From NCBI GenBank assembly GCA_965153455.1, contig OZ234493.1:19458213-19522212 (forward strand): 64,000 nt of DNA, in the 5' to 3' direction. The translations under genes and the position numbers were made by a program. Each line of letters begins with the position of its first letter. The first letter of the stretch is position 1. Positions 25,825 through 39,744 of this stretch are shown piece after piece. The notes under the pieces are model-generated. The model saw only the letters and a list, made by a program, of their open reading frames with translations. It made no database searches and was not told the origin of the DNA. This DNA is from Sphagnum compactum. Lineage: Eukaryota.

Positions 25825-28800
25825 TAGATGGTGGGCAAAAATGATTTAGCTTCCAAGAAAACATTATTCACGTTTAAGATGTGACCTTTCACCCACCTCC
25901 CTATTAAAAGACATTTGGTATCGAGAAAAATTTAACATAATAAAACTAGTTTTCTTTATAGTTCAATGCATGAGAAAATACATATGGACAAGGAGACCTT
26001 GATGCCCAAAAAAAGAAATGATCTTTTGATCAATAGAAGCATTGGCACTAATGGAAAAAGGCTAAAACGTAACCAAATGATTTATGATTACATGCAATTA
26101 ATTGTCATTTACAACTAACATTAGTTACATTTGTGACTAAAAATCACATCACACATTTTTTGGTCACATTTATGACTATGTTGCAACTATTTCTAGGTTT
26201 TCATTCTTCCAATGAGACGATTTTCCATTTTATTTTTCTCTTAGAAGGCCTTCATATGGCCCATTAGTTGCAAAAGTGACCAAAAAATGATAATTAATAC
26301 TTATTTACACATTAAGTTATGTATGTGACTAATTTTGTATAGGGTAAGTCATGTGCTTTATGTCATGGTAACTAACAATTATGTATAGTAAGCCTTATGT
26401 ATACATCATGTACTCCACATTCATAATGGTATATATATATATGTATAATTCTCGTGGATTAATTAAACATGGTTTGAAGAAACTATTATTGTATATTGAC
26501 CCCATATTAAAATATATGTAAAGATGACAATACATCAATCATCCATAGGTGTATAAAAATATATATACAATAATTATCATAGAATTATTGTGATTAAAGT
26601 AATTACCAAAAATGTATATAAATAATCAAATTATTTAGAACTTAAAATCTAAAATTAGAATCCATATTTAATCTTTTTACACTAATCATAATATAGTTCG
26701 ACTAATTAATGTAATTATCATCATTATTGTCAACTAATATATCTATTATTTATAATTACTTATTACAATAAATAATTATTATTTCAACATAAAAATTTGG
26801 AAATTTAATTCTTGAAATTTACAAATGCTAAAAATTAAATTTAAAAATATATAATATGTAATTGCACTTAGTAATCATATTGATAATTTATAATTTAAAT
26901 TAACATTTACAAATTTTATGGTAATTTTACTATAATGTGAATAATTAATGTACTTGTTGTAATTACAATAATTGAATTATAATAGATTATTGTTATGTAA
27001 GAACAATAATATTTTATTGAAATTGAATAGTTATTATTACAATAATAGTTTTTACATAAACTTTTATTACTTTTACACAATAATAAAAATTATAAAATTA
27101 TACTAAATTGATTTTAATCAAATTAAATATTTTAAAATAATTTTTTATTTATTTAGTAGTAGTATCATAAAAAGATTGTATAATATTTAAGCTATTTATA
27201 CAATAGAAATTATAATTAAATTCGGATCTATTTTTAAAATAATTATATTATAATTAAAATAATGAATGTAATTATTGTAAAATACTGTGTTTCTAATTTT
27301 AAATTACTTCTTTATGGTTAACAATTATTAGCACTACAAAATATTCACGTTTTTATAGTAATCATAATTAATTACTATGATTGTAATAATTTAATGAAAG
27401 TTCATGACTATATGTTTGTTGTATTTTTTTGAATTTCATCATTATGTGCATATTCTTATTCAAATTAACAATTTCAATTTGTAAATGTTTTTGTCACTTG
27501 ATGATTTCACCATATGTTTATGATGTTTGAATACAATACAATATGTATAAAATAAAATGTCATGAAAAAATGAACCACCCTATATTGCAACTACCCCACA
27601 TGTCATTTTTGTGGATTGTGATTTAGTTGTAATAATTTATTGACAATCTTTTTTGAGCATACCTATCACTCTTGGCATATAGGAGAATACACACAACTTT
27701 GTCCCATTGTGATGTCATCTTTATTATTTTGTGTTGTCCCGTTGGTGTGCAATTTGGGGTTTAAAGTTAGATTCCAAAGATGTTCAAGGAAGGGTGGGCA
27801 TGAAAATGGAAGCACATATGGCACAATCACTCCCAATGGAAACACCCAACATTTTGTTTCAAGCATGTGAAACATACTTTTGAATACATTTTGTTGTTTG
27901 CATGTTTATGTTATGTTTATGTTTATGTTTCCATTCATTTGTGTGCTTTGTTTCAAGATCTATGGTATTCCAGAATCAAATTTCCATTGTTCTGTTTTAG
28001 TCTTTAATCATGATGCACATGAATTAGTCTAGTTCAATGAGTCTTAATTTCCTTTTAAATATCATCCTTAATGAATTTCTTACATCCACGTGGTTAAGAT
28101 CAATTAGTGCACCTTCATAATTTTTGTCACAAGTGTCAAACCACTAACTTTTTTAGGAACCAAGGTGTGGTTGCAAGAATTAATAATCTTCCATAAGTCT
28201 TAGTACAAGACCTTATAATTTTCCAAAATATAGGAAAATTTGGAAGGAAATGAATTAAATCTTTTTGAATTGGGAATATGAGTCCTTGATTCATAGGAAC
28301 ATTTACTACTTAATAGTTCTTAAAAAATTGGATCCATGATTTAGGATCCTCAATTCTTCATTAAGACATGCAATTTTATGTTAGGAACTGGATTCTTGGA
28401 TTACACCTCCACTTTTGTCTTATGAAATCCAATCTTGCATATTGAGCTTAATTAAGTTTTATATTCATTTCTCAATCCTACTTCAAGAGCGTGGATTTTA
28501 GACTAACAATAATTTGTCCTATATTAAGGAAAATTCATTCCATTTGTTATCGTTGTATTGGTAAGGAAAGTAAGAAACATCATTGGAAATACAATAGAAA
28601 GTTTTCGCATTAAAAATGTTTCACCATTTGTCTCCAATGTTCTACAAGACTTGACTAACATCTTGCCAAAACAAAGCACAACAATTCACAGTAGAAAAGA
28701 GAATGGTAGGGTAATGTTTCATGAACTTTTACCACATTCACTCCAATTGGCATAAACACAAGAAATCATGACAAGTTTTCCAATGTCGCATGTGAGTATG

Positions 28801-29615
28801 CTTCAACAAACTAGTGATATTTCTTGAACACTTGCACATGGAGCAATGAACACACCCATTTCGACTATTAAATCATGTGATCACTTACCAAATCAACCCA
28901 GTTTACTTGCCCAAATGCCCCAATAATGCATATATTGACTATATTTCATATAAAATTTGGTGTATAATGTGTATGTGGAGTTTCTATAATAAAAGGCTTC
29001 ACATTAAAAAGTGAAGGTGCTGATATGTACTATGTAGGTGATGGTCATTGTTCCTTTTTAAGAATTTTTGTTTATAATAAAAATAATTATCATCCCTAAA
29101 AAGATTTAGCTAAAATTAGTTGGCTAGAAACGAAATATGAAATACAAATCTTTAATCATCTTTATATATTTTTTACTACACACATAAAATCAAATATTAG
29201 AATGGTGATTTTTATTAAGTTTTTTCTTCGTTTAATGCTTTTGAAAACCTCCAATATTTATCTATGAAAGAAGGTAGTTTATTTGATTTGTTTGTCACAT
29301 TGAAATCTCCCAAACCATGGTGTGTCTTGTCATGCTCTTGGTGTCATTGGAAAGTTTTCAATGAATAAAGGTGTATCGAATTGGTTTCATAATGTTTCAA
29401 CTTATAGTGAAGAAATCATTGAAAACAATTTTTTCATGAAAATTCATTTGAATCAAACACATTATAATGGAATTCGGGCCACTTTTGGTATTCTTACAAA
29501 ACTTTTGATTCATAGGATTTAATGAAGGTGTTTGGATTTGCAAAAGTTTAATGATTTGTGAAAAATATTGAATTTTGAATAATTTTTTCTATTCAAAATT
29601 CAATTACATTACAAA
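25825..29615. repeat. Right outer arm of the inverted duplication (partner 4500-8319)
   Basis: tagatggtgggcaaaaatgatt at 25825 is the reverse complement of about 8299-8319; the match runs to about 29615 and includes the AT-rich core. Confidence 0.95.
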
Positions 29616-29654
29616 TACTTGTGACTAGTTTTGCAAGACTTTGAATTGTTAATC

Positions 29655-30470
29655 CCCTTGTTCTTTGACATGCATCATACGATCTACAGTAATCGTGCAC
29701 ATCTCTGTACATAGTTGGCCACCAATATCTAACATCCAATATCTTCCTCTATGTTATTTCAATTGCAAAATGCCCTTTAGATGGTTTTTCATGTAGTTCT
29801 TTCATCACCATTTGTGCTTTTGTTGTTCTCAAACATCATCACAATTTGTTGTCTTAGCCCATTCTATATAATTCACCAGTTTTCAATGTAAAAAGGCTTT
29901 ACTCTCCTAATCAATCTTTGCTTTTGCTATATCGATAACGTGCCCTAAATTTGTCCTATCCTCAAAAATTCTTTGACATCATTTAACCATTTTAGCTCTA
30001 TCTAAAACAAACTTGCATCTATGGTTTGATCAAACACACCTCTAAGTTTTTTAACATCTGGTAGTCTTAACAACGCATCTGCAATTACATGAGTTCTACT
30101 TGGCTTCTACACTACTGTGAAATCATATTCTAGGAACAATAATAGCCATCTAGCTATTCTCCTTGAAACCTATGGTTTGTTGACCAAATAGACCAATGCA
30201 ATATGATTTACATAAAAGATAAATTTATTGCCCAACAAATAATGTTTGAACTTGTGCAAAGCAAAAACCATTGTTCAAATGTCTCTTTCTATTATGCTAT
30301 AATTATGTTTTGCTCTTTTCAAAAGCTTCAAAACATACATAATTAGTTGATCACTTTTCCTTGTTACATTCTGAGACAGTATAGCCTTTACAGTTAACAA
30401 GGATGCATATGTATGAACATGAAATTACACCTGCCAGTTTGGTGACATCAATATCGGTGCTTCAATATAT
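29655..30470 (-). mobile_element. Ty3/gypsy pol remnant (RNase H and integrase zinc-binding region)
   Basis: Minus-strand translation gives APILMSPNW..FHVHTYAS..MVFALHKFKHYLLGNKF..RIARWLLLFLEYDFTVV..HVIADALLRL and RYWWPTMYRDVHDYCRSYDACQR, with stops. Confidence 0.9.
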
Positions 30471-30859
30471 ATTTTTAATGGAACATTTTTTACATCTCAA
30501 CAAACTTTGGACAATCTATCATTTTATGTCCATTCAAACCACATATGTGGCATCCATATGAAGATGTCTTTTGTGATTTTTGACTTGGTTGTGCTACCTC
30601 TATGATTGCCACCATGGTCTACCCCTTTTTTTTTCTTCATGTCTCCACATTGTGGTTCGTCATCCCATAATTTGTGCAATGTGTATTACTTTGTGTTTTT
30701 ATTAATGTTGTCTGTTTGGTATTATGTGGTACTAACAATGCATTCCTTGCTTTTTCAGTAGTCATACCTTCTTCACACAACATTGCCACCTCCTTATGTT
30801 GTTGTAGTGTTGATCGTTTCATTCTGGCAGTCACAATTATGAGATATGATTGCAAACCT

Positions 30860-31434
30860 GCTCTAACAAAATAGTTAGAAAATTATTGATAGTCAGTACT
30901 TGTAAACCATGAACCGACTTCTAAATTCATTCATAGTAAACCTCCACCCTCATAATCTCATCCTACTTCATGTTTTTCAACTCCATGTATATTTTTTCAT
31001 CATTTTAAATGTTTTTGATGATGTTTGCAAAATGCATGTGTAAGCTCCGAAAAAGTACAATCAAGAAATTTTGACATGTAATTATGGCATTAGTCCGATG
31101 CCATATTTTTAAACATATAGCCAAATGCATTGATGATATAATCTTTAGAAGTTTCTACATTAGCCTTTATTACAAAATTGAACACTTTGACATGAACATC
31201 TAAGTCAACATATTTTTTTAAATCAAGATACTTTAAAGCAACCCTATTTGGCCTAACATAATGGCCATTTCTGTGGTCGCAAATTTGTGTAGTTACAACA
31301 AATGGTTTTTTATATCCTCCTTTTGGATTCATTGCATTTGCACTTTTGTACCTTCCAACAGCCATTGAATTCACCGATGGTCGATCTGTAGTCATGTTTA
31401 TATGAGTAGTCATTATTGAATTGGTAAACACCAT
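30860..31434 (-). mobile_element. Probable gag remnant of the same LTR retrotransposon
   Basis: ORF 31090-31434 (DLDVHVKVFNFVIKAN..IINAFGYM..ASD) followed by a decayed RVEVYYE, upstream of pol on the same strand. Confidence 0.6.
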
Positions 31435-31804
31435 TTGAAGTGTCCCAACAACTCTAATAGTTACTATTGGTAATGTTGAACTTCGATTCAGATTCCTTCC
31501 TATCGAGACTCCATCAAATCCATTACCTAGTTTTGTTGCGAATCCAAGTAATATTCCCTTTTGACAAAATCCATACTAGGCATGGAAGGAAAAAATGGGT
31601 AACCAATTCACATTCAGGCCAATGGCATAGGCTACATTAGTACATTTGAGTTATAATATTTCATTAACAATCATTGTGGAAGAAGCAATGGCAAAAAACT
31701 TCTGACAAAACCTAGGTATGGAAAATGAGACTACCTTAGGAAGGGGAATGGAACCTTGGGATTTATAAGTAACATATTTTTAAGTTATTAAAGTTTTGCC
31801 TTCA

Positions 31805-32095
31805 TTTTACATGCAGAGGGTGTCGATGGCATTGTAAGGAGCATAGACAACTGTTATTTTCAAGTGTGTTGTTATTATTGGTGAAGGTTTGTCTAGGCTA
31901 GGCATTCTTTCAAGTGTTCCTCTCCTCTCCTTATTTAATATGCTTTTCACAATTGGGGGGGAGGGTTCAAGTACTTGATTTTTTTTTATTCGTGTTGCAA
32001 TCTGCCCTCTTGGGAGTATTCTTAGCTTCTAGAACTTGTGTCCTTCCATCTTGTACCTTTTTCGCCCCCTTTGTTGGGCTCTTTGTTTTATTGAT
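31805..32095 (+). mobile_element. 3' end fragment of a CRE/R2-like (restriction-like endonuclease) non-LTR retroelement; related copy at about 61718-62010
   Basis: FYMQRVSMAL*GA..VIIGEGLSRLGIL and HIVSMVL*RV..ILRQAIVV..FSRL resemble the QRLSVALQRGNA C-terminal motif; each is followed by a pyrimidine-rich tail. Confidence 0.55.
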
Positions 32096-34854
32096 AATTG
32101 GCAAGTTTTCATCATTTTTGAACTATTTTGCATGATGTAATAGTGAAACCTAGACATGCAACCTATTAACAATTTTTATAGTCTTTTTTGTCATGCAATC
32201 ATGCATACGTTAATTTCAAGTTTCAACCCAGAAAAGATGGAGCCGTTATTACAATTTTCTCAGGTCTTTTGCTCGGAATGCAAGGGTATTGTGAATCCAC
32301 AGTAAAAAAGTTTATTGTGATGTATTTATCATGTCTTTTGCAAGAAAAGCAAGGCTATCCAGAATTCGAAAATATATTTAATTATGAAATGTCATTGGTA
32401 TATGGAAAGTCACCAGGATGATCATCAATTAAAATGCAACATATAAGATCATCAATTAAAATCCAACAAAATGATCATCAATCTAAAATGAAATCAAGCA
32501 TTATAACTTTAAAACATATAAGCAAATTCATTTTTTGCATTAGTAATGACTAAGTATGACATGGATAAACCTTTTTTTTGTACTTTGTAGCAAAGGGATC
32601 CAGGGCCATTAGAAAGGGTAATAACATTCTATGATTGTGACCTTTGGATGCAAGAAAATCATCCCAAGAGGGAATAGATTTGTCGACCTTCTATTCCACC
32701 AAATAATCATCAATTAAGTTTTTTTATTTTCACTAAAAAAAAAATTCCATCACCATTTTCAACCTTCATCCTTGATGGACCAACTTTCTAATCCACTTGA
32801 TATAACATCTACCAACAATCATATAACTCGAATTGAATGACAAAAATTCAAGTAACATTGTGTCAAATGTGGATGTTTTGGCCCTTGAAGGCCTCTATGA
32901 CAACCACTCAATGAATGCACTACCTAATGTACTCAACTCACAATGGCAATATTTCATTGCAAGTCATGGTTATAATGATTGCCCGAAATAATACTCTATT
33001 GATGGTTCTAATAATAAACAATTAATGTTATCTTCTTTTCGGTAAGCTGTCTCATGAAGGTCCCTTGTGGATATCATTAAACATCATGTCAAGATCCCGT
33101 TAAATTTGATTTTTCCTAAACTTTGAAATCATTGCCATGACTAAATAACTCAAACTTCAAACACAATAGTTCCAATAAATCATCCACACAAGGTCACCAC
33201 CCACATTAATAAGGTAGTCTCAAAAATTCGACTCCATGGTTTTCAGCCCATATTTCAAATGAATAAATTATTCACCTCTCTCTCTCTCCACATAATTCTG
33301 ACAATCCAATACAAGATACTTAATGTTTTTAGGACTTTTAGATGGTTAAGATCTTGCTCCACCTTTAAAAACATTGATAATATCTAGCTTAGTTAAGAAA
33401 GGAATATTTTTCCTGATGCCCAAGCTCTGGCTGCCTTTGGTGGTAGTGCTCCAAAATTGTCACCATCCTTGCATAACATGACACACCCAACCTAAAAGTA
33501 AACCATACAAAATTTTACGCACCCACACCAAGAAAATCTTGCACAACTACCAACATTCAACATATTTGAGCAATTGTTGTTGATGTTGACTCCAATGGTG
33601 TATCCACTAACAAACACATAAAAGTATTCCCCATTGCATCCTCCACATTCAATCAAGGTTCAGGGTTCTAAAACATTTATATGTTTAGGTGACATTTGTA
33701 AATTGGTATAATTTAGATCAAATTGTAAGTTCATGTGGAATGTGAAAAGGCCCAAGCAAGTTCATTATGAAATGACCCATTTGTCATATTCAATTCAAAA
33801 GAAATTGAAATTGTAAACACCATTAACAAGCCCATGAAACAACTAAACAACATTGTTATGATATCAAAAAAGGGAATATGGTAGTTTAATAACTTTGGAA
33901 TGCTAGAGGTTTTATAGAAAGGATTTTGACATATTAGAATAGGAACAATGCTTGCCAATTTTGCAAGAGCCACCGAAAGTTTAGGGTGTCCATTCTGCAC
34001 TTGTAGACCACCCACATTCTCAATGCACAAAAAGATGTGGCTTGGGGTATGAAATTCATCACCAAACAACCTAGCTACCTCTTCTATGTCAACTTCATTT
34101 TTGAGGTTCACAACCTCTTGCCAAAGCTTTGCAAGTCGGTGACATGTGAAAATTCTCTCCGCATTAGGAACACCAATTCAAGTTCTTGTGATCAAACGAA
34201 AATCTAATTGAGCATGAGCTTTCGCACATTTGCTTCTTTTCCTTACCCATGTGCTACAATATTGGATTTCTCCATTAAGTTCCTAGCGCTTAATACATGT
34301 TAAAGCAAAACACCTTTTGATTGGTTGAAATGCATGTCCACATTTTTGCTTCATGAACATACATGGAATTTTTTAGAATATCTTGTTTAAACTAATGTAA
34401 CCCAAGGGGGTCATAGTTTCTAGCTTCCACATACTTGTTCTTGTCTTGTTTTCCTTGTTTGCCACAATTGGTTGGAATCAATGACTAAAATCTTCAAAGG
34501 AATGTTTGGCTAGGGTTTCTTGCAAGCATTGACATAGTACAAGATCGATTGATTAAAGTTTAAAGTTCTTATGGATGGATATTGATCTTGCATTATCATT
34601 TCATGCTTTGTAAACTTGTTTATAAATCTTTAAGTTTGACACATTTAGTGTTGAAGCTTCAGTGTTTCTCAGTTCGGTACAAAACTAAATCAGTGTTGTC
34701 GTAGCAACTCTTCACTAGAAAAGCCAAAGATAATTGAAGGAATCCTAGCTGAAAATTTATTCCAGAAATTCTACTAGAAACCAAGCTCCTAATTGTTTTT
34801 ACAAAAAGCTCAGAAAGTGGAAATGGTGGGAGTTTGTTGGAAATAAAAGAAGAA

Positions 34855-35100
34855 GAGTTGCGGGTGGGTAGCGGATACCTTTTCAATGAAAGGGAAACCA
34901 AAGGCACAAGGGACCTCATGAGCCAGAGAGATGTACAACTCCCTTTTTGTTTTAGTCCTTAAAGTTTTCAAAGAAAGAGGAGAGAAAGAAGTTGGGAAAA
35001 AAAGGTTAGTTTTGACCTCCCTAGATTCTGAGTTCAGAATTGCAATGCATTGGCCTTTCCTTAGGGCCTCTAGAGTTGCACTAAAAGTTTGCTCCTCCAT
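34855..35100 (-). pseudogene. Degenerate N-terminal fragment of a DHBP synthase (RibB)-like protein
   Basis: MEEQTFSATLEALRKGQCIAILNSESREVKTNLFFPTSFSPLSLKTLRT..ELYISLAHEVPCAFGFPFI follows the RibB pattern ALEALxxG..D..REgEtD..P..i..mR..gGl....l....c..lGlPf. Acidic catalytic positions are mutated. Confidence 0.6.
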
Positions 35101-35559
35101 ACTTCGTGTTTGAATTCTAGCACTCAAATCAAACCTTGGGTCTTTTATATTGGAGATCCAAAAAGAAGAAGAGACAATTCTTAAGAGATAGGTTTTAGAG
35201 GTTGTTCTAGTCATGAGCTCTTCTTGCATAGAAGATTTAGGCAAGGTTGTGGATAAGCTTATCGTTGACATCCTTTTCCTTGTAGCATTGGAACTAAATA
35301 TAGTCAATAGCGAAAAAAAAAACCTAGGATGCAATTCATGTGGGAAGACATATCGATTTGACAATGATCAAGCCTTCCCAAATGAACATTGCATTATTAG
35401 CAACAATGTGGAATGCCGTTGTTGCTGCATCACCATAACAAAACAATTTTAGTGTATTGGATTGATTGAAAGCTTGCACCTTCTGGGCTTGCTCATGCTT
35501 GGTGCTTCCTTGCCTTCCCGGCCATAGTAAACTTACACCCATTAGTGCACTATGAAGGA

Positions 35560-35775
35560 TGAATGATAAGTGGTCGGGAAACAATTTTTTGTTGGGTTTC
35601 CATTCATTAACTAACCATGGTGGTTACTTCAGTTGATATATATTTTTCCCCTACCTACTTACTAACAACCCACAAGCAAGTTGTTAGTAGGTAGGTAATA
35701 AAAACAACCTTTACATATCTGGAAATAAACCATCTCCTTACCTAATAGTTATTATTTTCCTACCTACCTACCTAT
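35560..35775. repeat. Dispersed repeat with TACC-rich motifs; inverted copy at about 58695-58935
   Basis: tactaacaacccacaagcaag / cctgcttgtgggttgttagtag, with flanks also matching. Confidence 0.8.
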
Positions 35776-35794
35776 GCATTTCCTATCACAAAAC

Positions 35795-36040
35795 TTGGCA
35801 TTTCTTGGCATTTATATACTTGATGGGGAGTTTGACACCTTTTCATACCTTGGTGGTTTTGTGCCACTTGGCATTTACATTTATGGGGACTTTGCCACCC
35901 TCTTTCCATACCTTGATGGTTTTGTAAGATTTTGCATTACATTTATCATGAGTTTGTCACCCTCTTGCATATATTCATGAGGAGTTCACCATCTTTCCAT
36001 ACCCTGGTGGTTTTGTAAGACTTAGCATTTCCATTTACAT
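35795..36040. repeat. Degenerate ~65-70-bp tandem repeat, 3-4 copies
   Basis: Recurring ccataccttg(g/a)tggttttgt and ttggcattt motifs. Confidence 0.75.
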
Positions 36041-39000
36041 AAAGCACTCTGAGAAAATCTTGGCCAGAGCCCCTTTGATAGCAGGGATGGTAGGAGTAGC
36101 AATAAACAAAAGGAAGATGAAAAAAAGGACATGAAAAGTCTGTGGAAGCTTGAGCCAACTGATTCTCCTTAGTTCAACCACAGCCTCTTTTGGCAACAGA
36201 GATGATACAAGGGGGAAAAGAAACCAAAAAAATATTCAAGTTTTGTGGAAGCTCGTGCCAACTTCCTCTTTAGGTTAGCCGCAGCCTCTTTCACAATAGA
36301 ACAACATTAGCAACAACCCCATTTGAGTAAAATTGGCATAACTACTGGATAAAGTTTTAGGTACAGTCGCATTGAATGGATTAAAAGCTATTTTCAGAAA
36401 AAAGGAAACTATCATGTATCTCAAATGGCTTCAAGACAGAGTTATGGACGAGTATTTAACTATTAAAGGATCACAAGAGCATCATATAAAGGTGCACAAA
36501 TTTGCACATATTATCAGTTACATCCAGGTGTGTGCTCAATTAAGTCCATCACTTGGATGCTACAAAATGAAAAAGTCAATGACCAAGGAAGGATATAAAA
36601 CTTATAACAGACACCAGACGCGTGGAATTGACAATAGGATTATCAAATCATGGTGCTGTGAAGAGAAGGGCAATGGTATATCCCTGTTGCCAAGTCATAA
36701 AGCAATTTGTGCTACCTGAAAGTAGAATCTGAATGAAACATTACGCACATCAGTGATTTCCTTGCAACAACTATGATGTTCACCATGTCTCATGCCTGAC
36801 AGTCTTTTGATGCATCACATGATTCTACTTGCATTTGTACACCTTATGTCATGAGCACATACTCATAACTGCCCTCCCTCAAATTTCACATACCCCAAAA
36901 ATCATTGCATCCCAAGCAACATCACAGAATCCCAATCACAACATTTTGGCCACATATCAAGCAACAAACGGGAGCTGAAACCCATAATAAGTTTGCGGCA
37001 GCCAGGAGGTAAGATTGCAGTTGACAAGGCTGAATAGATCATCATCTTCATAGCTAGCTTCCATTATGTAATAGCAGCATTTTACTTGGACAGGCAAGGA
37101 TTCCCAAGATTTGTGTCTGGCCAAAATCTTGTCCACTTCCTGCACAACAATGGTACCAAAGAATCAGATCTCAGGTACTAAGATAACACAAATACACCAT
37201 TGCATAGACAGGCTGATGCTAACCCTTGCCACCACTCCATGGAAGCAGATGTCAAATGGAGAAGTAAAAGTGTGGTGACAATGTTATTATGACTGAAATG
37301 CTGCCTGAAGACATGCTTGATTGTTCATGGAGCATCCTAAGCATTTCAAATGCACTTTCCTTATACTAAAACTAAAATCTACTCCCTGCCCTACAATTAA
37401 TTCAACTGGCTGCATAGAATTACAAGCATTCTACTTTGTAACTTTGTGACGTCAAACAAGAATAGGCCAGAACTTTATAAAAGAACGCCTCACAAGTTCT
37501 CCATTTACGTAGCTCTTATATACTCTCCAATGTTCACACGACTTTCTTGAATGAAGGCCCTGTGCCACAGCAAGAAAAGTTGGTGGAACCAACTTTCTCA
37601 AGACTCAGATGTGAACATGTCAACCATGGAGAAGTTTGCTGTTTAGGAAAGCATGTCTGCAGTGTACTCCTACCATAGAAAGTAAAATTTGACCCACATT
37701 CCAAAGCTAACAATGAATGATGAGAAGCATGTCTGCATGCACAGATTGATAGCATGATTAAGAAATCCAAATGCTGAGCTACACCACCAAAAATGCATGT
37801 CTTACAAGAATGAATATCATTGCTATGACAGCTGGGTTGACAGATGGGATTGATGACATCTTAACATGCATAAAACTTCCTCTATCTGCTTTGGGGTCAG
37901 AACAGTACCCTGCATACACTTGCAGATTTTCATCACCAAAAAAATCGCTATCTTCCTCACAGGGCAGTTGCATTAGTTCTAAGGACATGCATTTAACCAG
38001 CCCATCCTGAAACAGGGGCCAGCCAGATAAAACACATGGTAGATTCTAAAGCTTGGTGATATGGTAGCCTACAACATTGAAGGAAAGCTCCAAAACTTAT
38101 GAACCACAAATACCTTGCTCGATAAGAAACATGATGAGCAAAGGTCACTATGTGCCCCAGGAATTGCCACCTGTCTCAATCCCCTGAGGACAACTGCTTA
38201 TCTTCTGTGGATAGGATATCCTCAACAGTTGATGTGGCAGCAAAAGTCTCCTGCACCATTTGAGCGCTAATTTTAGCACATGCACAGCAACTCTTTACCC
38301 AAACTTAAGAATTTTCAGAGCCAAGTCAGGAGTGCACAAAGCAACTTTGTGTAGCACCAACTTGGCCATGTGACAGAGCCCCCATTGAACCATGCTGAAC
38401 ATTAAAGAAGGAGAAACAGCTGGATGTGTCATGTGTAAGGCACTTTTTCCTAGGACAATCCACAAGTATGGCAAATGTCTTAGTGACCTAAACTTCTTCT
38501 GGGGAATCAGGACTGCAATTTACTGTAACAACTCTAAGCTCAAATGATCCCCAGACCCCCCACATCCAGAACACCAACCAATGGAACTCCACATTCCCCA
38601 AAGGCTAGTGTCGGCCATCCCAGTAACTCTGAAAATCCATCCTCCAATTCTTGTGATTACACCCAAGTGGCCAATGTATCCCCACTTCCAATCTTAAAAG
38701 GAAGAGTAACCATAATGGATAAACTAAAAGTGAAGGTGAAGAACCTGTATCCTCAAGCACATGCATGCCATAGGTTTACTTGCTTGTGTCATACACCAAC
38801 ACGGCAAGAACAGTAGTGCAATAATGGCAGGAGTGAAGAGAGGAGAAACCCCATCCATCAGTAAGATGATCTCAATCACCCATCCACCAGCCAATCATGT
38901 GTCATGACAGCTGATCAACATTAAAGTCCCCTGAGGCTCTAAATTGATGTCCAGCAAAAAATTCATTCCTTCACTCAGAGTACCTGGATCCATGCCTGGC

Positions 39001-39744
39001 CCCAACCCCCTGAAAGAGACACAATTTTGTCAACTTGCAGATGAGTTCCTATTGCTAGAGTTCTCCGAGATGTATATAACCTGGTGGAGCTAAAACACCC
39101 ACAAGTGCATGATTGTTTCAGGACCTCCTGCCACCTGTACTGAAACTACTTCATTTTTGGCAAACGAATTATTGTCAACAGCCCCTGTTATCTGTGCTTA
39201 ACCTATGTTTTTTCAAGGGATGACATGAACACACAGCATGAGGACACTCCAATTATCAATACCTGTGTAATAGGAGATAGACAGCAGAAAGGAAAGACAA
39301 TAATAACTTCACAATCTGTGCAGGAACGCCAACCTTCAGAAAACTTTCAGCAGACTATAGTAATATGCCAAAAATCAAACCACAAATAATGAAAACCTTC
39401 CACAACTATAAGCGGTCTCATTCACAAGTGCACAAACACCCTAATTTTATTAACTAAAAGATACAGGATAAAAGAGCCAAAGATGGGGGCCAAGGTGACC
39501 CACAGTCAGGTTGGAGTTGGTAACTGATCTTGCTTACCAAATGAGAGTCTAAGCAGGCTATACAGGAGATCACAAATATAAAAAGACACAGAGAAAGAAA
39601 CAGAACAGACAGAGAGGGAGAGAAAGACCTTGCACCCTGCAGAAGGCAAGTACATAACCAGGGGCAGCCCATCACCATGGACTAGAATGGGGGGAAGACT
39701 ACACAAAAGAGTATCAGGTCAAATCCTCAGATGAGATGAAGCTG

